From IMG/VR virus record IMGVR_UViG_3300006903_000012: 64,000 nt of DNA; one strand, given 5' to 3'. Every line of letters starts with the position of its first letter. Position 1 is the stretch's first letter. Shown piece by piece: positions 23,928 to 32,812 of the stretch. Source of the DNA: a virus. Made by a program: the position numbers and the translations under genes. The notes under the pieces are model-generated. The model was not told the origin of the DNA and made no database searches. It saw only the letters and a list, made by a program, of their open reading frames with translations.

Positions 23928-26674
23928 TGATTAATAACCAAGTCAGCTACAAGTAACGGAGCCTTAAAACTATCTGTCCGAATAGTTGTACTTCTAACTT
24001 CTACTTTACCATTAATAATCGGTACAATCTCATGCTCATCATTGTATCCAAAATTATTAATTTTATAAGAATATAAAATAGATTCTCTAGGGACATTAAC
24101 TATAAACATTAACTTTCCTTCAGAAAAATCATGTGCTACCTCATAAGTATCTGACCAATGACCGACAGTATCTACATCAGCTAATTTTATACTTCCATTA
24201 GCAATTCTTGTAATTAATTCATCAGGAACATCTAAACCTCTATGAAGCACAACAGAGTTCTCTGGTAATGTCAGTTGTGCTGCAGCCCACATCATATCGA
24301 GACCTGGATCATTTTTTCCGGCTGTCCAAGATTTTACTCTAGATGCTAGCTCGTCGGCACTCCCCTTTTTACCATCATAAAATCTTTCTATACTGACAAA
24401 TGCAGATAGTACTGATCTATTATAGGGAGTGTTTAAAATACGATCTTTATCTGAAAAAGTAATTCCCAAATCCTCAAACCTTTTTCTGTCATCATATACA
24501 TAGTTACCCACTTTATATCCCTGCCCCACAGTATTTCTTACTGCTTTAACTCCGCCAGCCTTTTTCACAATACCAATCATTTTTCTGGCACGTTCCAACG
24601 ATTTGTTTTTAGCAATTCCACTTGGTCGCCCATGTGTTAACTGATTGTGTCTACCGGGTAAATGCTTCTTAATCTCTTCTCGCAACTTCTCTTTAGCAAG
24701 ATAATGCTTAACGACTTCATCAAGTCTAGAATCTTGCTCCAATATCTGATCTGTAGTAAAAGATTCTAACTTGCCATATCCATCATCTAATAATAGCTTT
24801 CCCTTATAACCAGCAGACTGTAAACTGGTAGCTAAACTTAAGACATCGCCTTTAGGCGGCAAATCAGATCGAATATCAAAAAGAGACATTCCGGGCTTAA
24901 ATTTCTCAGTTGAATAAATATAAATACCAGCAGATGATAATGCTATCCGCATGGCTATCATTCGACTACTGTCAGTCTGCCGCAACAAGTTTTTAGCCAG
25001 AACAATATGCTCAACTGAAGACCTGCCGGACGGAGCAAAGACCAACCGATCTTCAGTTGGCAAGTATAAACCGACGACACTGGACGAGTCGTCTTCTTCA
25101 GAATTCTCAACCTCTGACAGAACTTTATATGCCTTTGCTAATTCGTTTTTATTGGACGCTACAATATCATCCCCAGCATGAGATTGTTGATCGTGTAACC
25201 CTGCTAAATGTTTTATTTCCTGCACTTCACGGTACACTCGATCACCCGCATCAATTTGATTACGCAGTTTCGCAATTGTGAAAGCATCACGCGATTGGAG
25301 AGCCATCTTTAGTTTATCTTCCAATGAGCGTCGGCGAGATATCCAAGCCTTATGAGCACCAGAAGATGTGCCATATTTTTCAATTAGAGATTTTTCTCCA
25401 ATTGTCGTAGAATAATCGTCTTCTTCATTATTAATATCTTGAATATATACCTTCATTGATTTTGGTAAACCAAAATACTCAAGACCAGATAAAGCCGATT
25501 TTAAATTACGATACGCATCATCACTTCTAGTACTACCTAAATGATCTGAGAGCGAACTGACTACCAACTTTTCATCTGAACCTTTTACAAGCCTAAGACG
25601 AACAGATTTATCGAACTCATCAGAAGAGAGACCAATATCTGCAGCAAGATCGGCATGCATTGAAATTTTATTTTTAGTTCCTTGTATTGCTGGTTTTGCA
25701 TACCATTTCTTACCAACTTTCAGTAACAATAAGTTTGATCTCCAGAAACTATCATTTTGATAACTATCTTTCAACAAATTAGAGTAATAAATTGTCCCAT
25801 CTTTAGATTTATGTTTCTCAGCCAATGATGTAGCAATACTACTACCATCATTACCACCATGAGTTTTCTGATTATGTTTCCCCGGTTGATGCTTCTCAAA
25901 CACTATCGGATTCTCATTCTCATCAAATCCCAGCGCGATTCTAATTTGCTCAGCTAATTCGGCGGCAGCATCTTTCTTTTTCTTATCTTGGTCGGCACTG
26001 ATTATTTCGACAGGGCTAATAGGTTGGGGATATTCAGCAGCAAAATCGGGCAGATACTTGATACTCAATATCGCATCTTGTAATCTTTTGACTGCCAAAG
26101 ATTTGACCGTCGTCGTAACGACTCGGCCTGAATGCAAATCAATTTTAACAGGAGTCTCGGCAGGTATTCCAATTTGATAAAGTTTATCTAGCGCCCAATA
26201 AACTTTCTTAACTCTCGGCTCATCATCAGCTGGACCAACTATTCCTGTGCCTGAGCGATCTATAGTTATTTGACCTTTCTGATATCTAAACCGAATGCTT
26301 GTATCAAACAAATGCCTAATATCCGCATTAGCAGTTATATCAGCGTGAACAGCATCAGAATCCAGTGTTGCATAAACATTGCCGTTAGGAGTAACAATAG
26401 CTGTTACCTTTTCGTTGTCTATTTCATCATCTTGAAGATCTTTTGTAAAATCTGACCAATCATCTACTCGATAGATATTAAATCGTTTAGATCTACCATA
26501 TTTAGTTGCATCATAAATAAGTTCATTAGAACTCGAAATAATATCTTTGCTACTTCCACCCACTTCACCCTTACGACCACTATGTCCAAAGTTTCCAGAA
26601 CCGACGCCACCTTTAACAACAAGATGCCCAACATCTTGGATAATCATTTGTAATCTTTGTCTAGTGTCAAGCAT
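23924..26674 (-). CDS. polyvalent virion protein with C-terminal ADP-ribosyltransferase domain
   Basis: ATG at 26674 after AGGAG (the track start 26737 is an upstream alternative). The N-terminus has GGVGSGNFGHSGRKGEVGGS. There are three His-rich motifs. The C-terminal R-S-E triad is VVLHRG (about 24250), GHWSDT and NDEHEIVP (24020-24049). Confidence 0.65.
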   Translation of the reverse strand: MLDTRQRLQMIIQDVGHLVVKGGVGSGNFGHSGRKGEVGGSSKDIISSSNELIYDATKYGRSKRFNIYRVDDWSDFTKDLQDDEIDNEKVTAIVTPNGNVYATLDSDAVHADITANADIRHLFDTSIRFRYQKGQITIDRSGTGIVGPADDEPRVKKVYWALDKLYQIGIPAETPVKIDLHSGRVVTTTVKSLAVKRLQDAILSIKYLPDFAAEYPQPISPVEIISADQDKKKKDAAAELAEQIRIALGFDENENPIVFEKHQPGKHNQKTHGGNDGSSIATSLAEKHKSKDGTIYYSNLLKDSYQNDSFWRSNLLLLKVGKKWYAKPAIQGTKNKISMHADLAADIGLSSDEFDKSVRLRLVKGSDEKLVVSSLSDHLGSTRSDDAYRNLKSALSGLEYFGLPKSMKVYIQDINNEEDDYSTTIGEKSLIEKYGTSSGAHKAWISRRRSLEDKLKMALQSRDAFTIAKLRNQIDAGDRVYREVQEIKHLAGLHDQQSHAGDDIVASNKNELAKAYKVLSEVENSEEDDSSSVVGLYLPTEDRLVFAPSGRSSVEHIVLAKNLLRQTDSSRMIAMRIALSSAGIYIYSTEKFKPGMSLFDIRSDLPPKGDVLSLATSLQSAGYKGKLLLDDGYGKLESFTTDQILEQDSRLDEVVKHYLAKEKLREEIKKHLPGRHNQLTHGRPSGIAKNKSLERARKMIGIVKKAGGVKAVRNTVGQGYKVGNYVYDDRKRFEDLGITFSDKDRILNTPYNRSVLSAFVSIERFYDGKKGSADELASRVKSWTAGKNDPGLDMMWAAAQLTLPENSVVLHRGLDVPDELITRIANGSIKLADVDTVGHWSDTYEVAHDFSEGKLMFIVNVPRESILYSYKINNFGYNDEHEIVPIINGKVEVRSTTIRTDSFKAPLLVADLVINQ

Positions 26675-26684
26675 CTTGAAACTC

Positions 26685-26894
26685 CTAATCGTGCACTGCA
26701 CTTTCCAAAAGAATATCCGAACCGGACTCAGTAACATTAAGTGACGAAAAAGACTTGACCGGATTAGTTAACCCATTACCATCACCAATCCACACTACAA
26801 ATGGCTCGCCCGTTTCAGAATTAACTTCAGGCAGATCTTTTACTAACTCTTTCAGTCTTGCAACTGTTAATGGACTATCAAAATTTAAGATCAT
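26685..26894 (-). CDS. hypothetical protein
   Basis: 69-aa ORF with ATG start, coupled to its upstream neighbour. Confidence 0.45.
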   Translation of the reverse strand: MILNFDSPLTVARLKELVKDLPEVNSETGEPFVVWIGDGNGLTNPVKSFSSLNVTESGSDILLESAVHD

Positions 26895-27352
26895 TCTGTA
26901 TGTGCCCGCTTTCTAAAATAAAAGACTGTTCCAGTTGTAGTCTCTTCTTGTACCAACTCGCATTCATCCGGCTGCAAATCGGTTTTCTTCATAAATGCCG
27001 CTGCCATCATTTCAAGATGCGCATACTTTAAAAACATCAGACTATCCCAATGTTTTTGTAAGGGGCTGAGTCCCAAAGTTTGCCGATCAAGATTATCTAT
27101 AAGTCCTTCACCAACTTCATCTAGTACGCTTGGAAGATTATTTGACACAATATCAAATGGAATATCCAAAACTATTCTCTCAGGTATTTTAGCTGTTTGA
27201 ATTAGCTCCGAAAGATCACCAGCTTTACCCGGGTCGGCCTTCAAACCAAAATAACAATTTATTAGATCTTCATTAAGCTTAGTTGTTCGCTCAATAAGAT
27301 CATCTACAACTCTATTGGCTTCTAAACGAATATCATCATTTGATTTCGACAC
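26891..27352 (-). CDS. hypothetical protein
   Basis: 153-aa ORF with a 4-nt start/stop overlap with its neighbours. Confidence 0.5.
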   Translation of the reverse strand: MSKSNDDIRLEANRVVDDLIERTTKLNEDLINCYFGLKADPGKAGDLSELIQTAKIPERIVLDIPFDIVSNNLPSVLDEVGEGLIDNLDRQTLGLSPLQKHWDSLMFLKYAHLEMMAAAFMKKTDLQPDECELVQEETTTGTVFYFRKRAHTE

Positions 27353-27725
27353 TGTCTATCACTCCCAATAGCAAAAGAATATTACTAATGCTAGATCGAA
27401 GACGCGACGCTTGAGTCGCAAACGCTTGATATTCTAATTCCATTTGCTGATCCGAGACTTGCGGAACTTTCTCGGCCGCTACTTTCAAAATATAATTCAG
27501 CATCTTCAAAAGCATTACATCTTCACTGTTCGTTCGACCGTACAACAAATTGACTAATGTTTGTCGAATTCTAAAATCGAAATGTGGCGAAGCAAATGTT
27601 GCTACAAAAGTCTTCCAATTTTCTGTCTCAATTATATGCGATTGAAATGTAATTAAATCATCATTATTCCAACTAACAATAATATTTTCAGAGTCTTGAG
27701 CTTTAACGATTTGGAAGTCTTTCAT
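27336..27725 (-). CDS. hypothetical protein
   Basis: 129-aa ORF with ATG start. Confidence 0.5.
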   Translation of the reverse strand: MKDFQIVKAQDSENIIVSWNNDDLITFQSHIIETENWKTFVATFASPHFDFRIRQTLVNLLYGRTNSEDVMLLKMLNYILKVAAEKVPQVSDQQMELEYQAFATQASRLRSSISNILLLLGVIDSVEIK

Positions 27726-27976
27726 TCACTACCACCTTCTTGCTCAATAACTGCATCGGCATTCCCATAAGAATTAAACCATACTTCACGACTATCAGAA
27801 AGTTGTGATTGATACCAGCCGTTCCATCCGGGCCATCTAATTTTCTCATAATCTTTAATGATTGAAACCATAGTTTGCAACTGATAAGACTGTATCGTTT
27901 CCAACGGCGGATCAAGATCAATAATCTTCTCAACCAGATCTAAAACCATCCCATAATCAGCATCAGTTTTAATCAT
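27722..27976 (-). CDS. hypothetical protein
   Basis: 84-aa ORF with ATG start and a 4-nt overlap with the next gene. Confidence 0.45.
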   Translation of the reverse strand: MIKTDADYGMVLDLVEKIIDLDPPLETIQSYQLQTMVSIIKDYEKIRWPGWNGWYQSQLSDSREVWFNSYGNADAVIEQEGGSE

Positions 27977-27977
27977 A

Positions 27978-28280
27978 TTATTTATTGTCTTTCTTTTCTT
28001 CTTCTACTTGTGCAGCATACAGCGTCGGATTCCATTCATGATCGCTCATCTGGTGCATGAGCCGATCCTGGGCAGCCTCTGTTTCAACACGAGCAATAGC
28101 CAAGATCTCAGCACAGACAGCCACCATCAATTTACCATTCGGTGTGGACGGATCAAATGTTTTAGTTTCAGCACGAGTTTCGTAACCAAAAGATGGTGCG
28201 AGCCGTTCATAGGTTTCGTGAAAAAGAATAGCGAGTTTCAAAGCCGCATCATCTACCAACTCAGAGAATGGGTTAGTCAT
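27978..28280 (-). CDS. hypothetical protein
   Basis: The ATG at 28280 (MTNPFSELVDD..) removes the 85-nt overlap implied by the track start 28358. Confidence 0.45.
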   Translation of the reverse strand: MTNPFSELVDDAALKLAILFHETYERLAPSFGYETRAETKTFDPSTPNGKLMVAVCAEILAIARVETEAAQDRLMHQMSDHEWNPTLYAAQVEEEKKDNK

Positions 28281-28884
28281 AAGTGTTATCTTTCTTCTTA
28301 TTCGTCTCATCAAGTAATTCACTTGCGTCCGAAAGTTTTGCTTTAATAAAACTTTCATACCTAACTGCAGATTCTTTATCTAATCTAAGAAATTCTATAT
28401 CCTTCTCACTTAACCTTAATGGCTCAAAAACCGTTTTATCTTGACTCTTGTCTTCTTTAGCCCAATCCACACCAAAAACAAGTGGTGATGGATTACTCAA
28501 AGTTTTCTCGAAAGCAACTTTGCACATATCTTGAAAAGCAATGTCTAATACCTTTATACACTGAAACATCGTTTCTTCAAATGACCAATGCCCAGACAAA
28601 AATATTCTATAACAATTGCGAATAACTGAGTTACTCTGAGATAGAACTCTTAAATAAAGATGATACTGTTGATAATCTTTTCGAAGACCTTTGTAAAGAT
28701 TTGTCTTTTCGAACTCTCTTCGCTGACGATCTAAGGTTCTCCATTCTTTAATCAGTTCTGCGATTCGATTATCGTCCGGCACGTTATCGTAAAAGAACAA
28801 AACTTGTCTGATCTTATCAATCCTATGCTCAATGGCAGTTAACTGATAAGCAATATCTAAAGTAGTTACAGGTTCATTATTCAT
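28273..28884 (-). CDS. hypothetical protein
   Basis: 203-aa ORF with ATG start. Confidence 0.5.
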   Translation of the reverse strand: MNNEPVTTLDIAYQLTAIEHRIDKIRQVLFFYDNVPDDNRIAELIKEWRTLDRQRREFEKTNLYKGLRKDYQQYHLYLRVLSQSNSVIRNCYRIFLSGHWSFEETMFQCIKVLDIAFQDMCKVAFEKTLSNPSPLVFGVDWAKEDKSQDKTVFEPLRLSEKDIEFLRLDKESAVRYESFIKAKLSDASELLDETNKKKDNTYD

Positions 28885-28983
28885 TTCTTTTCCTCACAAA
28901 CCACTCAACCATCAAGTCACTTATATATCTGATTGCAGCAGATACGATTCCAGACAACGTCACGAATTGAATAGTAATCAGAT

Positions 28984-29220
28984 TTACTCGCCATATTTCT
29001 CAAATAAACATTGTCGAATATAAACTACAGCATCTAGTAGTTCTTGGTAAAGATCAATTAGCGGATCGCGACCGTTATTTGCGTAATGCTCAGTCCCATA
29101 CTTCTTTGCACCAAACTGCTTCCGCTTCGACATATCTTCTAAAACTAACGACCAAAGTTCAACTTTGTGCGCCTGTGATGGATCAACTGGATCTGGTTGT
29201 GGTAAAACAAATCTAGACAT
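28984..29220 (-). CDS. hypothetical protein, possibly a small MazG-like pyrophosphohydrolase
   Basis: 78 aa. KYGTEHYANNGRDPLIDLYQELLDAVVYIRQ resembles the helical core of small phage MazG-like proteins. The assignment is weak. Confidence 0.35.
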   Translation of the reverse strand: MSRFVLPQPDPVDPSQAHKVELWSLVLEDMSKRKQFGAKKYGTEHYANNGRDPLIDLYQELLDAVVYIRQCLFEKYGE

Positions 29221-29222
29221 GA

Positions 29223-29831
29223 TTATTTTCTTTCATTAGACTGACGCAATTTCTCAATTTCTTTTTCTAATTCAGAATTGCGACTAACCATCACCTTCAA
29301 TTGCTGATCGGTCTGCGCATTCTTCTCAGTTAATTGCTGAATCAATCGTTCATTCTGATCGTTCTTTATACTCAAATCTGCGATCACTAACGCGTTGCGG
29401 TGATTACCATCTTCACGTGCCACTTGTTCTTGTTGCAATTTGAGTTCTAGATTAGCGACTTTCTCTTCATACTCAGCTCGTAACCCTTCAATCTTCTTAC
29501 TGTGATCCATTTTGATTGAAGTTACGTCTTTAGCATGTTGGGAAATTAGCATATCCATTTGAGCCATGCAACCAATTGTTTGCTCGCGATATCGACTCAC
29601 TTCGATGCGAAGATTTGCTACTAACTCATTTGATGCCTCAACATTCTTATTCGCTGCGTCAACGTTCTTAGCAGCTGCAGTTAATTCAGCACTAACAGGA
29701 ATTTGATCGATTTGTTTCTGTAGTTTTCGGGCTCGTAAATAAGCTGCCCATAAACCAATAGTAACAGTTGCCAGTGTAATCACATCCCCTAAGCTAAAGC
29801 TAAGAGTCATCTCGTTCGCCTCCGCCACCAT
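29223..29831 (-). CDS. membrane-anchored coiled-coil protein
   Basis: 202 aa. An N-terminal hydrophobic helix (VITLATVTIGLWAAYL) is followed by heptad-rich sequence. Confidence 0.5.
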   Translation of the reverse strand: MVAEANEMTLSFSLGDVITLATVTIGLWAAYLRARKLQKQIDQIPVSAELTAAAKNVDAANKNVEASNELVANLRIEVSRYREQTIGCMAQMDMLISQHAKDVTSIKMDHSKKIEGLRAEYEEKVANLELKLQQEQVAREDGNHRNALVIADLSIKNDQNERLIQQLTEKNAQTDQQLKVMVSRNSELEKEIEKLRQSNERK

Positions 29832-30079
29832 AACTGAAACAGAATTGAGATGACTTCGATCACTAGAATAGAGACAATCGCTGACCTGACTAAATCCGTT
29901 CGATCAATTAGTGGTGGATTGAAGAGAAAGATCCACGTATATACAGCACATAAGAATAGACGCACGAGTGCCGATAAGACATCAAACAGATCACGCCCTA
30001 GATATTGGAACTTTAGAAACCACAACACGCAAGAAACTGCTGCTAAGACCATAGGAGTCCATGAAGGAATAACGCCCAT
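29807..30079 (-). CDS. small membrane protein
   Basis: 90 aa with three hydrophobic segments. Confidence 0.45.
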   Translation of the reverse strand: MGVIPSWTPMVLAAVSCVLWFLKFQYLGRDLFDVLSALVRLFLCAVYTWIFLFNPPLIDRTDLVRSAIVSILVIEVISILFQLWWRRRTR

Positions 30080-30080
30080 C

Positions 30081-30650
30081 TTAATCGGGCATCAATTCTG
30101 AAAGTGGATAAGTTTGAATCTTGCCATCACTCATCTGCACAAAAGCTAGCTCTTCATCACTTTGTAAAGTCGATTTAGCTACTATCGGATCAACATCACT
30201 AAGAAATACACATGACTTTTTCTCACCTGGAATTGAAACTTTATCGCCGCCCTTTAGTTTCTTCTTAGGAATAGTCGGCTCTTCCTCACCTGTCTCAGCT
30301 TTGGGATCCGTCAGCTCATCAATACCTTCGCGCATCTCAGTATCATTGACTTCAGAAGCATCAGTTTCTTTAAGTTCATCGTGCGAATGACCGGTCAATA
30401 GCTCATGCTTCTCTTGAATAGCTTTTTGAATAGCTTCAGCTGTCGCCACCATTGTCTTTTGATCCATTTGCACAACTTGTCGAGCCATTCCAGATGTCTG
30501 AGTTTGGTTCTGCTTATCATCAGGCAGTTGAGATGCTTTTTCAGCTAGCGTTCGCTTATCACTCTTCACTTCAGTCTTTTCAATGGGATCCTGAATCGTC
30601 ACCGTCCCCAACCCAGGCACAAAACTTGTTTTACTCATTACCGTCTCCAA
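30081..30650 (-). CDS. hypothetical acidic protein
   Basis: 189-aa ORF with ATG start. Confidence 0.5.
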   Translation of the reverse strand: METVMSKTSFVPGLGTVTIQDPIEKTEVKSDKRTLAEKASQLPDDKQNQTQTSGMARQVVQMDQKTMVATAEAIQKAIQEKHELLTGHSHDELKETDASEVNDTEMREGIDELTDPKAETGEEEPTIPKKKLKGGDKVSIPGEKKSCVFLSDVDPIVAKSTLQSDEELAFVQMSDGKIQTYPLSELMPD

Positions 30651-30921
30651 CTAAAATTTGTTCCTGCATTCCGCTCTGCAATTCAAATTTAGCTTTTTCT
30701 AAAGCATCAATTACAACCTGCACAGATTCTGGATTTGAAAATTCAAAACACACATTCGGCTCGATCTCATTCAAATCTTTACCGACTACACTCGAATCTT
30801 GCTCACCAACATCATGCGATTCCTTTACAATCTGAAAAGCTATTCCAGTTTTCTTACTCGAAGCACCAAACATTTTGTAGTTCATAACACCAATCTTACC
30901 ATTACCAAATTCTAGAATCAT
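30631..30921 (-). CDS. hypothetical protein
   Basis: 96 aa. ATG preceded by AAAAGGAG. Confidence 0.5.
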   Translation of the reverse strand: MILEFGNGKIGVMNYKMFGASSKKTGIAFQIVKESHDVGEQDSSVVGKDLNEIEPNVCFEFSNPESVQVVIDALEKAKFELQSGMQEQILVGDGNE

Positions 30922-31020
30922 TCTAAGTCTCCTTTTACCTGCTTACACGTACAGGTCGCCGCTTGCTCATTTGAAATAAAGGAGTTCCACCTCCGGCGAT
31001 GCGACTAGTTAGTAATTTAA

Positions 31021-31129
31021 ATATGCAGACAGGCCTTGAGTACCTGCTACGAACGCCAAGCGGCATCTGTTATTGCCGCAGTTAAATCCGCATTATCTGG
31101 GCTGCGTGTCCTTCCACGCCGCTGCATAT
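31021..31129 (-). ncRNA. candidate structured RNA in the 290-nt gap upstream of gene 30921
   Basis: An 8-bp closing helix AUAUGCAG/CUGCAUAU (31021-31028 with 31122-31129) encloses the hairpins GCGUG-GAAGGA-CACGC, GCGGCA-AUAACAGA-UGCCGC and CAGG-UACUCAAGG-CCUG. No ORF is present. Strand and function are unknown. Confidence 0.3.
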
Positions 31130-31210
31130 CTAATTAGATAATATTTACAATTTCCAGTAGACCAAAAATAATTACAACTCCAACAAGTGAAACAACTGCA
31201 TAAGTTATAA

Positions 31211-31402
31211 TCATTTCAAAGCATCCAACATTTTCTGCTGAATCTCTGATTTAGCTTGCTCAAGAGCTGCATCATATTCTTTATCTTGCGGAATAGTAAT
31301 GACTGAACTAACACCTTTGAGCATCGAGATAGCGTCATAAATTCTTTGTGTAGTTTCTGGATCGGCAATAGCCTCTTCAGATAAAGTTACAAGAATTTTC
31401 AT
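31211..31402 (-). CDS. hypothetical protein
   Basis: 63-aa ORF. Its ATG overlaps the TGA of the small ORF upstream. Confidence 0.45.
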   Translation of the reverse strand: MKILVTLSEEAIADPETTQRIYDAISMLKGVSSVITIPQDKEYDAALEQAKSEIQQKMLDALK

Positions 31403-31515
31403 CTATTCTTTCTCCGATGTCGTTCTTCATAAACTGCAACGCCAATAACAATTACACCAAATAGAATCACACCCAAGATACCAACAATCAAAGCAATTTG
31501 CACGATTTGTTCCAT
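31399..31515 (-). CDS. small single-pass membrane peptide (38 aa)
   Basis: MEQIVQIALIVGILGVILFGVIVIGVAVYEERHRRKNR. Below the track cutoff, with an ATGA overlap with the next gene. Confidence 0.4.
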   Translation of the reverse strand: MEQIVQIALIVGILGVILFGVIVIGVAVYEERHRRKNR

Positions 31516-31596
31516 AGCTATTCTTTCGAATCTTCTGATTTTCCAGAGTCAACTGCTGATTCTGTCTCTTGCACCTTTTGCAGCTCTTTAATGAGT

Positions 31597-31815
31597 TTAC
31601 TTATTTCCATATTTATATTTCTCAAGTCCTAAACGTTCTACAATATTATTTGCCCACTTTAATTGAGATGCAGTCGGCGGTGAATTATCCCAATGAATCA
31701 AATTATTAGCTAAAAGAATAAATGAAAAATCACTCATTTGTCCAGATTGGACTTTGTCTAATGCTGAGTCTAACATACTAATAATTTGACTATCACTGAA
31801 CTTTCTTTTAGACAC
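31597..31815 (-). CDS. hypothetical protein
   Basis: 72-aa ORF. Confidence 0.45.
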   Translation of the reverse strand: MSKRKFSDSQIISMLDSALDKVQSGQMSDFSFILLANNLIHWDNSPPTASQLKWANNIVERLGLEKYKYGNK

Positions 31816-31818
31816 TCC

Positions 31819-32118
31819 TCAAGAGCGAACACCTTCAATTGCCTTTTGAATCTCGCGGCTCATATCTGAGATACCCCAACCCGCAATATAGGCCATCGCC
31901 CATGACTCTGTACCAACTAAATTCTGAGCAACGAAAGGCATAATAAATAGATTGATAATGACAGACGCTACAGGACCGACAATATAATACCAATTCCAAG
32001 ACGGCACATAATTATGATCTCGCAATTGCTCAACCACTAATTGCAAATACGGCAGCAGCGTTCGACACACAATCCCCAGTGCGCAAAATACATAAACCCA
32101 CAGCAAAGTGTTACTCAT
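31819..32118 (-). CDS. membrane protein (holin-like size and topology)
   Basis: 99 aa with three hydrophobic helices. No sequence family recognised. Confidence 0.4.
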   Translation of the reverse strand: MSNTLLWVYVFCALGIVCRTLLPYLQLVVEQLRDHNYVPSWNWYYIVGPVASVIINLFIMPFVAQNLVGTESWAMAYIAGWGISDMSREIQKAIEGVRS

Positions 32119-32288
32119 TTCGTCTCCTTAGACTTTAGAATTTCGCGAATGTCAATCAATAAATATGCAATCTCAACTAATAACTTAATAGCATGCCAAT
32201 AAAAACCAGAGTAACTGCTACCGAGTACTACTGATTTGATCTCTTGAATATAACTGTCTCTGCTTCTAACTTCTGCTAGAGTAGACAT
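32115..32288 (-). CDS. hypothetical small protein (57 aa)
   Basis: ATG at 32288 after AAGGAG. MSTLAEVRSRDSYIQEIKSVV.., with an ATGA overlap with the next gene. Below the track cutoff. Confidence 0.45.
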   Translation of the reverse strand: MSTLAEVRSRDSYIQEIKSVVLGSSYSGFYWHAIKLLVEIAYLLIDIREILKSKETK

Positions 32289-32717
32289 TTATCTCCTTCT
32301 TTGCTTTTTAGTTGGTTGTTGATATAGTCGGACGCCTGTAATAACACATACACAACCAATAAACAACATGCCAAATGATTCCAAATATAAAATCGTCGGC
32401 ACATAAAATTGCATCGTATGAGCCATCCAATAATTTAGAATCAAAGTTAGCCCACAACCTAGAATTAAACTGCCACCAGTTGTTAACAACCAAGCCGCTT
32501 CACCTTTGGAGTGTACTGACAATCCTAAATAACCAAAGACACCGCAGACGAATACAAGTCCTAAGATAATTAGCATCCATGATTGAATATTAGGAACCGA
32601 TTTAGCAAATGCTGCTGATAGAATTAGATGATAATTTAGCAATCCCATCGCTGACCAAAATAAAACAACTTGAATGGCTGTTAATCCAGCACCAAAAATT
32701 AGTCTGATTAATTTCAC
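32289..32717 (-). CDS. polytopic membrane protein
   Basis: 142 aa with four or five hydrophobic helices and a basic C-terminal tail (TKKQRRR). Confidence 0.5.
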   Translation of the reverse strand: MKLIRLIFGAGLTAIQVVLFWSAMGLLNYHLILSAAFAKSVPNIQSWMLIILGLVFVCGVFGYLGLSVHSKGEAAWLLTTGGSLILGCGLTLILNYWMAHTMQFYVPTILYLESFGMLFIGCVCVITGVRLYQQPTKKQRRR

Positions 32718-32812
32718 TTCTTCTGCTCTCGTACCCCAACTAAAAAGTTATCTATGTTTAGATTTATGCTATCCCTATAGATTTATCTGATCTGACCAAT
32801 TAAGATAACCAG

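Noticed and set aside
12896-26674. Inteins or programmed frameshifts as an explanation for the very large virion ORFs.
   Set aside because: No intein blocks are visible (a C/S/T start paired with an HN-C/S/T end, or LAGLIDADG). The ORFs are continuous without slippery heptamers at domain borders. The domain borders are instead marked by the recurrent His-rich motif.
31021-31129. A preQ1 riboswitch, considered because of the deazaguanine genes.
   Set aside because: The sequence lacks the short preQ1-I/II/III consensus features I can recall. It is far from the que genes and much larger than preQ1-I. It is kept only as an unclassified structured RNA candidate.
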